A DNA stretch of 64,000 nucleotides, taken from NCBI RefSeq assembly GCF_002105155.1, contig NW_019028997.1, positions 248,001 through 312,000 of the forward strand, written 5' to 3'. Below, one piece after another: positions 26,802-40,237 of the stretch (its first letter is position 1; each line of letters starts with the position of its first letter). The notes under the pieces are model-generated. The model searched no databases and had not been told where the DNA came from. It saw only the letters and a program-made list of their open reading frames with translations. The translations under genes and the position numbers were made by a program. The DNA is from Lobosporangium transversale. Its lineage: Eukaryota.

Positions 26802-27822
26802 AGACTTCCTTACGTCCCCCCTCGGTATGTGTATCTGTCTGAACACGTCCTAACTGACATCCTCTCGACAATCCTTCCAAGGCTGCAGTGTTTGAATGTG
26901 TACAGGGAACAAAAGAGGTCTAGATACAGGCTCTCTTTGTGACATTGAAGGAGATCGCATGTTTCATGGCTATCAAGACAAGGTACCCCTACAGGCACAA
27001 GACAAAGGTATAACTCGGTTCAAACTCAAAGGAACGATTTTGCCAATGGCCTTGTTCTGAATCCACTTGCCTATGACACAGTCCAGACGAAGAGACAGCA
27101 GCAGTCTGACGTAGATGAAGAAGATCTCAGCCAGGGATTGAAACTTTCACAAGGGTTCCTTAACACGGCGTGTTTTAAAGGCAGCCGGTGAAGACCTGAC
27201 AGATGAAGACTACGCAAACATAAACTGGAAGAGGAGCCCCAAACTTCTTGAAAACGTTGGACTCATATTCCATGAGCTAGGGCGATGCTCATCTGCAAAT
27301 ACCACAACTACCGTCTAATGCGATCCTGGTATTGTTAATGCCCTCACGTTTTCTTCGCTAGACCGTCACACCCCTGACCTGCGTCAAACGGTGAAGGTGA
27401 GAAGTAGGCTCGTCAACAGCCTGTGTGCCTTATATGCGTTGCACCAATACTCACTGACAGGTTGAGTCCAAATTCGAGATACCAAAATAGCCTTCGCTGA
27501 ATCCATGGGGAGGAAAGACACCAAGCCGGCAACAACAATAGGATATGATCAGTTGCATATTTCACAGTACACGTGCTACATGAAAATTTATAATACAGAC
27601 ATACTAACAGCTCTATGTCCCATGGTGTGGTGCCCGAGACAAACTTGCAGTTTTATTTTGATACAAATTTGGATAAATGCCCCATGGATGTGATGTGTGA
27701 ACCCACATCCTATTCTCACTTCTGCTCCCTGGTTACTATTTGTCTGTCTAAAATTTTTCATGAGCTACTACAAACATGACTAGGTCGGGAAAGGCCTTCG
27801 TCTTGAAAAAGTTGTAAGTATT
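26520..27822. repeat. Inverted repeat: arms at 26520-26577 and 27765-27822, with weaker flanking homology; probably two opposed relics of one gene
   Basis: The 58-bp cores match at 54/58 (ctactacaaacatgactaggtc..gaaaggccttcgtctt.aaaaa.ttgtaagtatt). A second matching block is 26578-26615 (reverse complement) versus about 27507-27550. Confidence 0.85.
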
Positions 27823-30250
27823 AGCTCGACAGTGCTTTCTTGACTAATCTCTTTATTTCTATGCTTGGTCTAGATGGTGTTTTTTTATGAGGAGGACTAT
27901 TTAGACAACATATAGACCCCACATATCTTAATCATAATAAATTGGCTTGGTGGCATTGTTGTAAAAAATAAGGGATAGAAAGATAGACACAATCAGGAAA
28001 AGGCAGGACAAAGAGTGTCAACAAGATTGACAAGAGAAAATAGAGTCAAATAACCTTGACTACAAACAGCGCCATAGAATGTCAAAAGAAAAGATGGGAG
28101 CTTTATAGGTGAGCTCACAAACTGAGTTACCGGAAGACAAATGCTTGTTGTGAAAAGGGGAAAAAGATAAATGGCAAGATGAACTGCAGGTGAAGAATAA
28201 GACATGTGGGGAAAACTGAAGACTTTATTAAGAAGGAAGTTTCTTTGGCTTTTATACTCGGTAGCTTCTAGGTAAGGCGGACCCGCCTATGACTACAAAG
28301 GGCTTTTGCGCAAAGATTCCTTAAGCTGGCTCGACAGATTAGTGGATACAAAATAAACTGAAATTAATTTTAATGACCAGCCACACCACTTGCAAACAAG
28401 CGAGTCAATTGGCTGCCAATACATTTAAGAGTATTCAAAAAATATAAGGGATCGCGACCAAATGGAACGGGCTATACTATTCTAAAAAAAAAAAAAAAAA
28501 AAAAGAAAAGTTTGTAAGTAATGTCGTAGGCATATCACGAGTTCGAAACTGTTGCTACAGTAGAAAAATCCCTGATCAAATAAAAACTCGCACACTCTCT
28601 TCTCCATCAATGTCAAGACTATTCAGAACCACACCTCGGTCCTACCGAGAAGGTATGTCTCTGTTCACTTACTTTCTCTTGAAGTGGCAGTAAACACAAT
28701 CAGCAATGCTCCTCCTGATGTGTCAATGGCTTGTAGACCATCTAATGTTTTCATTTGTTAGTTCTGTTGAGACAAAGAAGCCTAGCATGAAGATACTATA
28801 TTGATTTAAAATAAAATAAAATATATATATAAAGGATATCCTTCCAAAATAGGCGGATTTACCAATTGACAATTGATAAACTTGGTGAGCCTCTTCAAGT
28901 GGCATCCATGAGTCTCTCTAATCATAACCACTGATTTAGAAATGGGTTCCTTCAACAGCACTCGCAAGTCTAACAACTGATTGAAAAGTAAATGTCTGTG
29001 CGCCTTCAAAATAAGGTTTCATAGTACGTAGGGTGTTCAGATGAGCTTGACACCATAAAGATTAGAGGTATAGACAAAGATAAAGTAGTTCAAAGATGAT
29101 TCTTTTACAAAAAACCCTATCCCCATTTCTGCTGATTGTGAACGAATATAACATCGCTTCAATAGAGTATGTTTTCCCGTGTTCCACCGCAAAAGCGAGC
29201 TCTAGTGATGGATTGGTGATCTATCCAAGCTTAAGAGATGAAATGCTTTGAGGGTTTTTTTTATATCGATTTACTAACTAGGACCAACGAGACCGTGAGG
29301 AATCATTGAAAACAAACTCTATAAATGCCTTGATGTACTACTAGGGACACAAATAAAGCGGCTTCTCATAACCGATCTTGGCTGCCTGTAAAACACCCTA
29401 TTCATAAGCCGTGTCAGGAAATGCTTGAAGTCTTTCCCTGTGTAGCAAACAAAAAATAAAGCATCGTATCACGTGGTAAGTTCCACACTTTGAAATTTTC
29501 TCTTATGACTGGCACGAGTGTCAAATTTAAAGGTCCCTTCTTTTTTCCAAAATCAATTCCTCGAAATGGTCTCTTGAGAGTGAAAAAAAAAAAAAAAAAA
29601 AAATGTATCCATACTATATAATGTGACGGAGGGGAGAGGAAGGAGATGGAAGGCATCCATCCATGGATTTACAACATCCATCGATCACAATTATCAAACA
29701 GGATGAATTCAAGGGTCCTTTTTATAGATTGGTGATTTTCTCGACAAACATACTGGGGGCAGGAAACTATTGTTTGAGCATCATCCTTCAACGCCAGTCA
29801 ACTTTTTAACTTCATCTGTAGGACTATTTATATCAAAAAGACAAAAAAAAAAATATTAATGAATGCAGATTGATTTAAGTCGAACCCAACATCAGCATGC
29901 ATCAATAGGCTTTTTGAGATGTCAATCCTGAGCAACAAACGAAGCAATAAGAATGGAAAAGGGCTCTATTTTCTGAATGGTCAGGATGAACATTGAGAAA
30001 CGACTTGGACGCGTGAACAAAGCTGAAACAATGAAAAGAAGCTGGAGAGGCGTTGTTTAGTAGGACAGTAGGACATGCAAAAAAAAAAAAAAAAAAAAAA
30101 AGCTGTTATTGGATGGAGGAACATCATAGGACTTTGGAGATTTCTTTTCTTATCTTTGCCTCTCCTTCTTCTCCTCTCGGAATCAGGTTTTTGATGGAGA
30201 AAGAGTCGATCGACTTACCTTAAGCGATTTGTTATACTTTGTTTATTTAG

Positions 30251-30819
30251 ACTAAGGGAACCTCTTCGTTTGGTAAACGCCACACCAAGTCGCACACTTT
30301 GTGCCGTCGGTATGTCTTTTTTTTTTTTTTTTTAATAACTTGTATTGAAGAGAGATCGTCCACTAGAAGCTAATTTTCAATTGTGGTTGTGTCATTGACT
30401 ATTTCCATTTGATAGTTGCGGACGCCGCTCTTTCCACAACCAGAAGAAGACCTGTGCTCAGTGCGGCTACCCTGCTGCCAAGCTCCGCTCCTGTAAGCCT
30501 TTTTATATTGCAAAAAAAAAAAAAAAAAGTCCATTTTTATGGATGCCAGGCACAAAAAAATACATAATAGATCAGGAGACTACACAGGGGAAAAAGACTT
30601 CTTTCTTTTTCTCAGGATTTTTCTGGCTTTGACAATTATATGTGATTCGGAAACTATGACTCTTCAGGATAAGGAACATTTCGTTCAAAACAACTACGCG
30701 GATCTTCGAGTGCCAAATGAAGAAGAATTGAAAGGAGGTTTTTTTTTTTCTTTAGCATCCAGGAGATTTTGCGCTTGCTCGAGTCTCACCAACGCCCTAT
30801 CAACTTGAAGGACGATATA

Positions 30820-30852
<33 letters not shown>

Positions 30853-31106
30853 TTAGGAGCAATTACGTTCCTATATCTGATTTATTTGATTGAGAAATGT
30901 CTGACTTTTTTTTTTTTTTTTTTTTTTTTCCTATTTTCTAAATTGACACTAATATAGACAACTGGAGTGTTAAGGGCAAGCGCAGAAAGACTACTGGAAC
31001 TGGTCGTATGCGCTACTTGGCCGATGTCAGCCGCCGCTTCAAGAATGGTTTCCGCGAGGGTACCCAGGCTAAGAAGCAGGTCAAGGCTGCTGCTGCCACT
31101 GCTTAA
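30251..31106 (+). CDS. RPL37: 60S ribosomal protein L37 (eL37); the ATG-only first exon lies upstream (candidate 29566-29568)
   Basis: Exons at 30251-30309, 30416-30492 and 30958-31106 read [66 protein letters not shown]...FKNGFREG. Missed by the ORF track. Confidence 0.96.
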
Positions 31107-31397
31107 ACATGAAGAAGAAAGAAACAAAGAAAATAAAAAGGTGGAAAAAAAAAAAATAGCACAACTCAACTTTCGCATCAATGATTTCGACTGGGTAAAC
31201 TTTTATACACATATTTATATTCTCTTGTCAAAAAGAAGCTAAACAGATTCTTGCGCAACTGGCGAGTGTTACAGCCTTTTAATTCATATGATTATTTATT
31301 TATTTATTATCTTTATAAACAATGTAATGAAAGAAGATGTTTGGGAATTGGAGAGGAAAAAAGCACTGATTAGATTGAATACGCATTTCTCCATTTT

Positions 31398-33441
31398 TTA
31401 ATTTTTGGCTTGGGCCAACAGGGATTCGATCAGATCAGCTAGAGGGGCCAACTCCTTTGGATCAATGAGGTTGAATTCCTTGACAAAAAGGATAAAATGT
31501 TTGAAGCTGGTGTTCAAATGGGCCTCTTCGCCCAGGGAAACAATGGCAGCGAAATGAGTTGCATAGATGTGGGCATAGACACGGAATAACCGACGAAAAA
31601 TATCTTTGACAACAGTCTTGAAATCCGTTGGGAACTCGTTTCCTAAATAGGGACCAAAAAAAAAAAAAAAAAAAAAAAAGACATTGAATTGATGTTGATG
31701 TTATTTACATAAGATTAGTGGAATTACATAATGGGAAATATGTGTTGATGTGGAATATGAATGTGAATGTGTGGGGGAAAAAAGAGAGGATTGCTTACCA
31801 AGTTTGCTCGGAAAGATGGCCTCATTGTCAAGTTGGGACTGAACCCAACTCATAAGGTGATCAACGTAAACTGGAGCACTCACACGCGCTGGTTTCTTGA
31901 AATGGACGTCATCTTTCCAATGATATTCATACTTGGATCCAGCAGACATGACTGGACAATCCAGTGGTGTACAAAACTCTGTTATGGTGCCATAGAGCAT
32001 ATTGATTTGGTTGAAAAAATCAACGGCTAAAAAAAAAATAATAATAATAATTTTAGGAAGGTTAGGGGTATGCTCATATTCATGTTCATATCCAGGGGGG
32101 AAAGGTCAGGAGGATAAGAATAGGTGAGAGGGGACGAACGTGAGAGAGGAGGCGGGAAGGCAAGGGAAAAGTAAGGTATTGAAGAATTGCACCGTAGACC
32201 AGAGGAATGTTGCAAGATGTATTAATAAATACATTAATACATTTACAACCTTGTGAGCTGTGATGTGTGGGGGGGATGTCTGTATATCCATTGAATGGTA
32301 CAAATGGTACATACACATTTGTCCACATGCTGTTCTATCCATGCGACAACAAAACATCATCATGCATTTACTCCTTCGCCTCTGTTTTTTTTTTTTTTTT
32401 TTTTTTTTTGTAGCTTAATTTGTTTCTTTGGAGTGGGAAAGAAGAAGATATAAAAAAATGAATAATAATAAACTCACTGTTGACTGCAAGCCATTCATTC
32501 AAATCTTCGCCCTCGGGTAAATGGACTGCCAGACGTAGATTTCCAGAACCAAGGGTCTGTTCTGCATATTCCTTTTGAAGATATTGTTTTTGTAAGGTCG
32601 AGGCATGAAGAGGTTTCTTGGATGTCTTTGGTTTATTGCTGGATCTAATTATGAGTTATATGTGCATTATATGAACGACGAGGGGTTATCATATGAATAG
32701 AATCAAAGAACAGACATATAATGCATCCGATCGACAAAAAATGTAAATTAAATCGCTCCTAAATATAACATGTATAACAAGTATAACATGCCGATGCTAA
32801 TGCCAATGCCAATGCCAATACCAATGTCCTGTTATGTCATGCGAGCCGCTCTCTTGTAGCGCCGTTTTTTTTTTTTTTTTTTTTTTTTCATTTCCTTTAT
32901 CCTCAAAAAAAAAATTGTTGGTTGCACAAAGAGCAATGGGTAGGTGCAAAGCCGAACGGTGAGCGCTGATCAAAGGGAGACATAACGTCCTTACTCCTAC
33001 TCCTGTTCCTGTTCCTGTTCCTATTCCTGTTCAGCTGATCAACTATTTATGTAAAACCCCTCATTTCCTTGTCACCTGTTCTTGTCTCAAGTTCCCTGTC
33101 TAATTGACTGTACACTTTATCTCCCCCAAAAGAATGAAAACTCATAGTGCCATCATTATGTTATTGCTATCATCCATGGTCGCCGTCATCTTCAATCATT
33201 GTCCATTATCCATGAATTGAAATCGGGTAAAGTAGAATAGAATAGAATAGAATAGAATAGGGCAAAATAAAATAAACTGAAGTAACTAGTAAAATTAAAA
33301 ATAAAATAAAACGGTTGTCCCGCTATGTTCTGTCATGTTCCTACTTGCATACTTGGAATAATAAAAAAAAAAGAGGAAGCTGCAGGCTGATAAAAAAGTA
33401 AAAATAAAAATAAAAATAACCTACAAGCCTAGGAAACTCAT
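31398..33441 (-). CDS. MOB1: Mob1 family kinase activator; 4 exons
   Basis: MSFLGL micro-exon, [45 protein letters not shown]...[41 protein letters not shown]. Confidence 0.95.
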
Positions 33442-34488
33442 GTCTGTTGTCGCTGTGCTATGTCGTTTTTTCTTTATGGTCGTGTCAAAGATAGATTGAT
33501 ATTATAATAAGTTCTGATGACGGCTATATTATATTATAGTGTGGTATCGTTTAATATCATCCAGTATGGTGTTGTATCGTCCTGAACTCTTGTTTTTCTG
33601 TGTCTGTTGTCTGTTGCCTCGTGTGTACGTTTAAAAGTGAATCAAAGTATGAAAGAAAAAAAAAAAAAAAAAAAAAAAAAGGAAATGGGAAAGGAAAGGA
33701 AAAGGTGAATGAATTCGTTGCTCCTTGCTTTACATCCCCTTTATTCCTCTCTCTCTCTGCATCGATGCTTTCTACAACTGCTGCCCTGCCCTGTGTTACG
33801 ACTTCCCCCTTTTTGGGATCATGTGGGTACGAGGGTTTTGAAGGGTGCCTGAACTGGCTTAAGGGGTAAATGACATAGTGCCACGGCACACGGCATGTTT
33901 GATCCATGTGTCGGAAAGCTCACACACAACACAACACAACACATTTATACACATGTTCATGAATGAATATCGATATATATAATATATATATAAATAACAT
34001 ATACCATATCATATCACACGTATACATGTTATTATAAATAATATGACTTGTTAGTCAGTTAGAATAAGCAATTTATTCAATCGCGATTGCCTCATTTGGA
34101 TGACAACTTGTGTCTCACCAAATTGTGTTCCTAGTGTTCTAGTGTCAGTTCTCATTCAATTCTCATTCAATTGAATACAATAAAAGACAAGCCATGATAA
34201 ATATATTTAGACAGATCAAAGCCATTCATCGTTTTTCTTTTTCTTTCTTTCTTCTTGTCCTTTTTTTTTTTTTTTTTTTTTTCTTCTTCTTCTTCTTCTT
34301 TGATTATTCATTCATTCCATTTCCCAAATGCCAAATTCAAGTAGGACATTCCATTCGTTTTAAAGACCCTTCAATTTTCTTTTTATATTTTTTTACACAA
34401 GCCAAACAAAGTTGAAGGCACACAAAGCTTTTTCGATCTCCTTCTTTTATCTTTTTCATTTGTAGTTTGTAGACCACTTTCCTCCCCC

Positions 34489-34519
<31 letters not shown>

Positions 34520-34534
34520 CTTCTATCTTCTCAA

Positions 34535-35865
34535 ATGGCTAGTATGAGCATGCCTCCACCAATGTCCTCTATCAAGCCAGAGCCTCAGGTCAAGCAAGAG
34601 TCCATTAGTCAACTATCCAGTATCTCACACTCTTCCTCCTACCAGTCGCCTTCATTCTATCATTCTTCAAGTCATCACCAGTATGGACAACAGCCACAGC
34701 AGCAACAGCACTCATACTCAAGTCTGTCCCAGCATCAATATCCAATTTCCTCGTCCTCATCCTCGGCTGGTTCCGTGGCCTCGTTCTCCAACATGTCTCC
34801 GACTAGCAACTATGGTCTTCCCAGGCACATCACAAACTTAAACATGTCATACAGTGGCTCTGCTGTTTCACCTGCCTCCAATTCATTCGGGGGTATCCAT
34901 ACTGGTGCTAGTAGTGCCCCTGGAAGCGGTGCAGCCACACCTGCAATGTCCAATGCCCATTTAACTACCAACGGTCTGACTAGCACGCCTTCTTCGCCCA
35001 ATTTGAGTAATCTGCAATATCACCCTAGCAATACCAACAACAGCGGTGGGAACAGCAATCCGTATATGCACTCAACATACCCACAATCACCCTATCAAAC
35101 CCCCCAGCAGCAACAACAGCCACACTCGTACCAGCATCAGTCTAGCCATGCTAACGATCTGAATTCAAGTGGTTACTACGGCTCTTCTTCGCCGACCTAC
35201 GGTTCCCATCCACAACAACAACAGTCAGGACAGGGTCAACAACCTCACCACAACAGTGGTAGTAGTGGAAGCAGTAACGGTAGCAATAGTACGAGTGGAT
35301 CTCATATCCAGTTTAATCCCTCCACAGCTCCTTCGCCGATGCGTCAACATCAACAACAGCAGTACACACCTTTGGTTCCTCCGTTGTCAGAGACTCAGTA
35401 TGCTCAATACCATCAGCTTCTTGGTTCATCAGCTTTTAGCTCTGCTCAATCAACGCCCTATCACTCGAATCATTCTACGCCTTATAGCTCCATGCCCGGG
35501 TCACCGACACGCGACTACCAACCATTAAATGATACACAGGTGGTACCGAAGCCTAAGCGTCGTCAAGTCAAGAATGCATGTGGTAGGTAGAACCGATCTG
35601 TTTCTTCCCCCCTCCCCCTTCATTTTCTTCTTGCAATGTGGTTCTTTTCTGCCGTGTGCGTAAACACACGCACTGTTCTCTTGCCACGCTACGGATCGTA
35701 TTGAAATGGCAGGCTGTTTTTGGTCATTAATGGAAAGGGACGAGATTTTTTTTTTTTTTTTTTTTCTTCCTGCTTGTTTGTTTGTTTGTTTATGGGCTTA
35801 TTCTATGTGCATACATGTATATGAGTACATGTACATGTACATTTTTCTCCTCATTCTTTGTCGAC

Positions 35866-35897
<32 letters not shown>

Positions 35898-37291
35898 CAA
35901 AACAGAGGCGATGAGAGAGCAACAACGTGGGTATGGGATATGACGCTGGTTTGTTTGGTATTCAGGAAAAAAAATCCCTTGAGCTGGGAAACCAATTTTT
36001 TTGTATTCTATCTCAATTGAGTCCTGAGAAGATTAAAACAAAAAAAAATTTTGTGTCTAAATTTATCAAAGAACGAAAAGAGAGAGAGAAGAGAGAGGAA
36101 AGAGAGGGACAGAAAAAGCTAAAGATCACCTCATTGCGACTCAGTTGTGGCAGAATATATTTTTTGTTTTATTTATCTGATGCAACATTGCAATTGAAAC
36201 GCAGACACACTTTATTTTATCTTTTAAATGCCATGATTTGTGTGAATGGGAAGTGGAAGAACCCGGACAACACTACACTCTGTGTTAGAACAGTACAACT
36301 TGAGACTACAAGGACATTCCCCCCCAATTGATCCAGTTTCTGATAAGGGCAACTTCGGGGGAAAGTGTGTGAGAAGAAAAAAAAAAAAAGAGAACTAACA
36401 TGAATCACATGTTAGTATTCTCACTTAAAGATGGGGAGGGGAAGAGATCAAAAGCAAAAAGTCATTAAACTGCAAAATTGAAAGGAGCATTACTCTCTAT
36501 GGCATTGACACCAGTAGAGGCAAAGGGAAAAAGAACAATGAGCAAAAAAAGATTAAAAGAGCAAAAAGGCGTGTATGGTAACCCGACATGCGTGTGTGAA
36601 TCTGATAGTTTCATCAGTGCACATCCCATCACTCGAGCTCAAATTTCCAACGGGCATTTTTTTTATTTTCCCAACATTAAATGGGATGTCCCATCTCGTC
36701 ATTCAAAGACTCTTGTGCTAATCGACTGGTCTTTTTTTTTTTTTTTTTTTATTTATTTTAAAAATATGAAAAATAGTCAATTGCCAAAAGGCCTGCAAAA
36801 AGTGCGACGAAGGACGGCCCTGTGCTCGATGCATCAAGTACGGTCTCACAGAGACTTGCGTAGATTCGACTCGCAAAGTCCGCAAAAAGGGTATCAAACG
36901 TGGTCCTTATAAGCGCAGACCTCCACCCACACAGATTGGATCGGCAACGGCCTCAACCACACCAACAACGCCCACTATGAGGAACGCAATGCCTTCGGGA
37001 ATCCCAGGATATATGTCTGAGCCTGTGACAGCGCTCAACAGTCCCACACAATCACACATGTTGCCAATTACAAGTACAGCAGGATCCACTACCATGGGTC
37101 ACACCATCTCTGCACCTCTTGACTTTGGTTATGACAACAGTGGAGGACCAGGTGGGTATTCGTTCCATTCTCCTCAACGGATGGAAACCACTAGCTACGC
37201 ACCATCATCGTACGCAACCAATTACTCTGGGTCTAACCTTTATGAATCACCTTATGGGATCAACAGCAATGCTGCAAACAATCTGTCGTGA
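34535..37291 (+). CDS. Zn(II)2Cys6 fungal transcription factor with a long S/Q/H-rich N-terminus; intron 35583-36776
   Basis: The spliced cluster reads KRRQVKNAC/VNCQKACKKCDEGRPCARCIKYGLTETCVDSTRKVRKKGIKRGPYKRR. Confidence 0.9.
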
Positions 37292-37886
37292 ACCACACAA
37301 AAAAGACTCATAAAGCGATGCATGATCTAAATCAAGAGCCAAAGTATTCATTATTTTTTTCTTTTTAATCCTTTCCCTTTCCCTTTTGCTTTTTTGCTTT
37401 TGCATTACAATCACATTAACACACATTGGAGACTTTCTTACTACCATTTTGCATGATAATAATAAAAAAAATAAAAAATAAAAAAAATAAAAATAAAGAA
37501 ACTCTGATATAATACAAATATTATTGTTGTCGAAATCAATACAAGCTCATAGTAAGGATGCTTGAAGATTCAAACTAGAGAGAAAAAATGTCTCGCATGT
37601 CTTCCTTTACACTTCATGATTAGTATCAAATTAGTATGGGAAATATACACGGAACAACTTACTGCCTGTCCAAGATGATTGGATGGTGGGACTGGCCCCT
37701 TTCTTTAAAAAAAAAAAAAAAAAAAAAAAGAAAAGTGGTTGCTGTGCTCTTTCTTTTTTTTTTTTTAGCTTTCATAAATGAATTCAGGCCAAATACCAGG
37801 TAGGCAGATGGGCGATTGTGACTCTTTCAGTTTCTCTTTTGACCCGGGTGCGTGGTTCCTCTCTCTGCTTACGAAACTATACCTCT

Positions 37887-37935
37887 AATAATGATAATGA
37901 TGATAATGATAATGATGATAATGATAATGATGATA
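37887..37935. repeat. (GATAAT/GAT)n microsatellite
   Basis: Read directly: aataatgataatgatgataatgataatgatgataatgataatgatgat. Confidence 0.8.
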
Positions 37936-38453
37936 TATATGTATGTATATATTTATCCCTTCCTCATAGCTCTATACAACTATATATATATATTTATATA
38001 TCAGGAATACCATGGTTGCAGAGGTTCTTGTAGAAACTCCTTACTCACAAACAAGTATATGCAAGAGAATAACCTCCAATTAGGCTTGTGGCTTTTTTAC
38101 TGCTCAAGAGTAGACAATGCTCCCTACTTCCCCTCAGTAACCATCAAAGTATACTTCGCAGGTAGTTACTGTTTTTATTTTTTTATTTTTTTTATTTGAA
38201 CGGTTCGATATCTTAATTGGAACGAATGTAGTGGAACAAGGACACGTCAACTTTCGGTTCGGTGATGACTAAGAGACCTTCATGTGTAAATGTAATAAAA
38301 GCCATGTGCTTTAATACTTTCCATATTTGATAAAGGGTTTTTGTGAGATAGAGTGGCTGAAAAGACAACTGGGCCTGGTCAAAGCCATTCTTCTCACTCT
38401 TTCGCGAGAAAGTTTTCCCCTCTCCGTCAAACTCATTCCCCTTCAACAATCAG

Positions 38454-38484
<31 letters not shown>

Positions 38485-38513
38485 ATATTTATCTAATATT
38501 TATAAAGTATATC

Positions 38514-38801
38514 ATGGAAAAGACAATTGACATCACCATTTTTGGAGCCACCGGGTTCACTGGCAAATTTATTTTGTTGGAGGTGTTGAAGACGGCTGCT
38601 CGCGCGTCTACAGGTCAAAAGCCATTGCGCGTTGCAGTTGCGGGCAGATCAAGAGAAAAACTCGAGAAACTTGTCGCATCTTTGCCATCCACCACAACTG
38701 AGAATCCGTTAAGGATCATACCTACCATTATAGTGGCCAGTGTTGAAGATGAAGAAAGTATGAGAGCCATGTGTCGTCCATCCAAGACATTGGTTGCTGC
38801 A

Positions 38802-38840
<39 letters not shown>

Positions 38841-39363
38841 AAAAAAAAAATTGATGTTTAGCAATGGTTGTTCTTTGGATGGGTACTGTTCTTCTGCTAT
38901 AACGTTGCTTATCAACTTTTCCTCATTTTATACATATAGCGGGACCTTACCGTTTCTTGGGCGAGGCTGCAGTAGTAGCCTGTATTGAAGAAAAGTGCCA
39001 TTATGTGGACATTACGGGCGAACCCGAGTTCTTTGAAAGGATGATACATCAGTACTATGAAAAGGCAAAGGCCAACGGAGTCTCGATTGTTCATGTCTGT
39101 GGATTTGATTCGATCCCTGCAGACATGGGTGTTCTCTATACGAAACAACAGCTTGAAAAGGTTCATAATGCGTTGCCTTCATCCATTGAAATGTTCTTCA
39201 AGGTCCATGTTGCTGGTAATGCAGGATTCGGAGCGCATTATGCTACATATGAATCAGTAAGTAACAAAGAGAAAAAAAAAAAAGAAAAAGAAAAAGAAAA
39301 AGAAAAGAAAACATGGAAGAAGGGACCGTGGGGAAGCAAGTGTTCATTTATATATTGAACATG

Positions 39364-39410
<47 letters not shown>

Positions 39411-39973
39411 TAGGCCATCCATGGATTTGGAAACGCTGATCAACTTCGCCGCTTACGTCGGACTGCAAACCGTCCTCAGATCCCCAAGGTGGGACCAACC
39501 CTGGCAGTGAATTCGAAGCCTCATTGGGTCCATAAAGTAGCAGCCTACACAATACCCTTCTTTTTCGCAGATCCATCTGTGGTTCGATTATCACAACAAT
39601 TAGTCCTTCAGGATAAAGATTTGAAATCAGTCCAAAGTCCACCTGTCCAATTCGCAGCCTACATCTGTATTCCAACCTTCAAGGCTTTAGCAATAACCAT
39701 CTTTGCGTCAACTGTGTTTGGATTGTTGGCTCCGTATGAGTTTGGACGTAAAATATTGATGAAATACCCTCGATTGTTCACCATGGGAGTATTCAGCCAT
39801 GAGGGCCCATCGACTCAACAGTTGGCAGAGACATCATTCTCTGAAACATTTTTTGCTCAAGGATTCTCCAAGGAGTTGAGAGACAAGTATCCCAAAACTC
39901 CAGAGGCACTTCGACAAGTTGAGCCTGACGTGTCGATCATCACCAACGTCAGTGGACCTGAGCCAGGTTAGGT

Positions 39974-40004
<31 letters not shown>

Positions 40005-40237
40005 CTCGATATACTCTGGAGAAATGCTTAAGCCTTATTTTATTTTCAATATTTTTATTAGGTTATATTGCAACACCCAAGATGGCTGTCCAGGCATGCT
40101 ACACGATCTTACTGGAAAAAGATTTGATTCCAAATGGTGTATTGACCCCTGCAGTCGCATTTGCAAAGACAAAGTTGATTGATCGTTTGCAGGAGCAAGG
40201 AATTATGTTTTCGACTGTGCAAAACATTGTTGTTTAA
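38514..40237 (+). CDS. Saccharopine dehydrogenase-like oxidoreductase (SCCPDH family); 4 exons
   Basis: Rossmann motif ITIFGATGFTGK, VAGRSREKL, GPYRFLGEAAVVAC, HYVDITGEPEF, CGFDSIPADMG, VSGPEP/GYIATP, GVLTPAVAF. Confidence 0.92.

Noticed and set aside
28600..29100. Exon-like start (MSRLFRTTPRSYRE then GTATGT) and short minus-strand ORFs
   Set aside because: I could not extend them into a credible spliced ORF or recognise a family.
29859..30030. Possible box C/D snoRNAs (CTGA boxes preceded by TGTCAATC or GTGAACAA, short rRNA complements)
   Set aside because: Complementarity is only 8-9 nt, box C matches are poor and there is no terminal stem.
33557..34415. ORFs with poly-Phe or poly-Lys runs, here and throughout the track
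   Set aside because: They are translations of intronic or intergenic T/A homopolymers.
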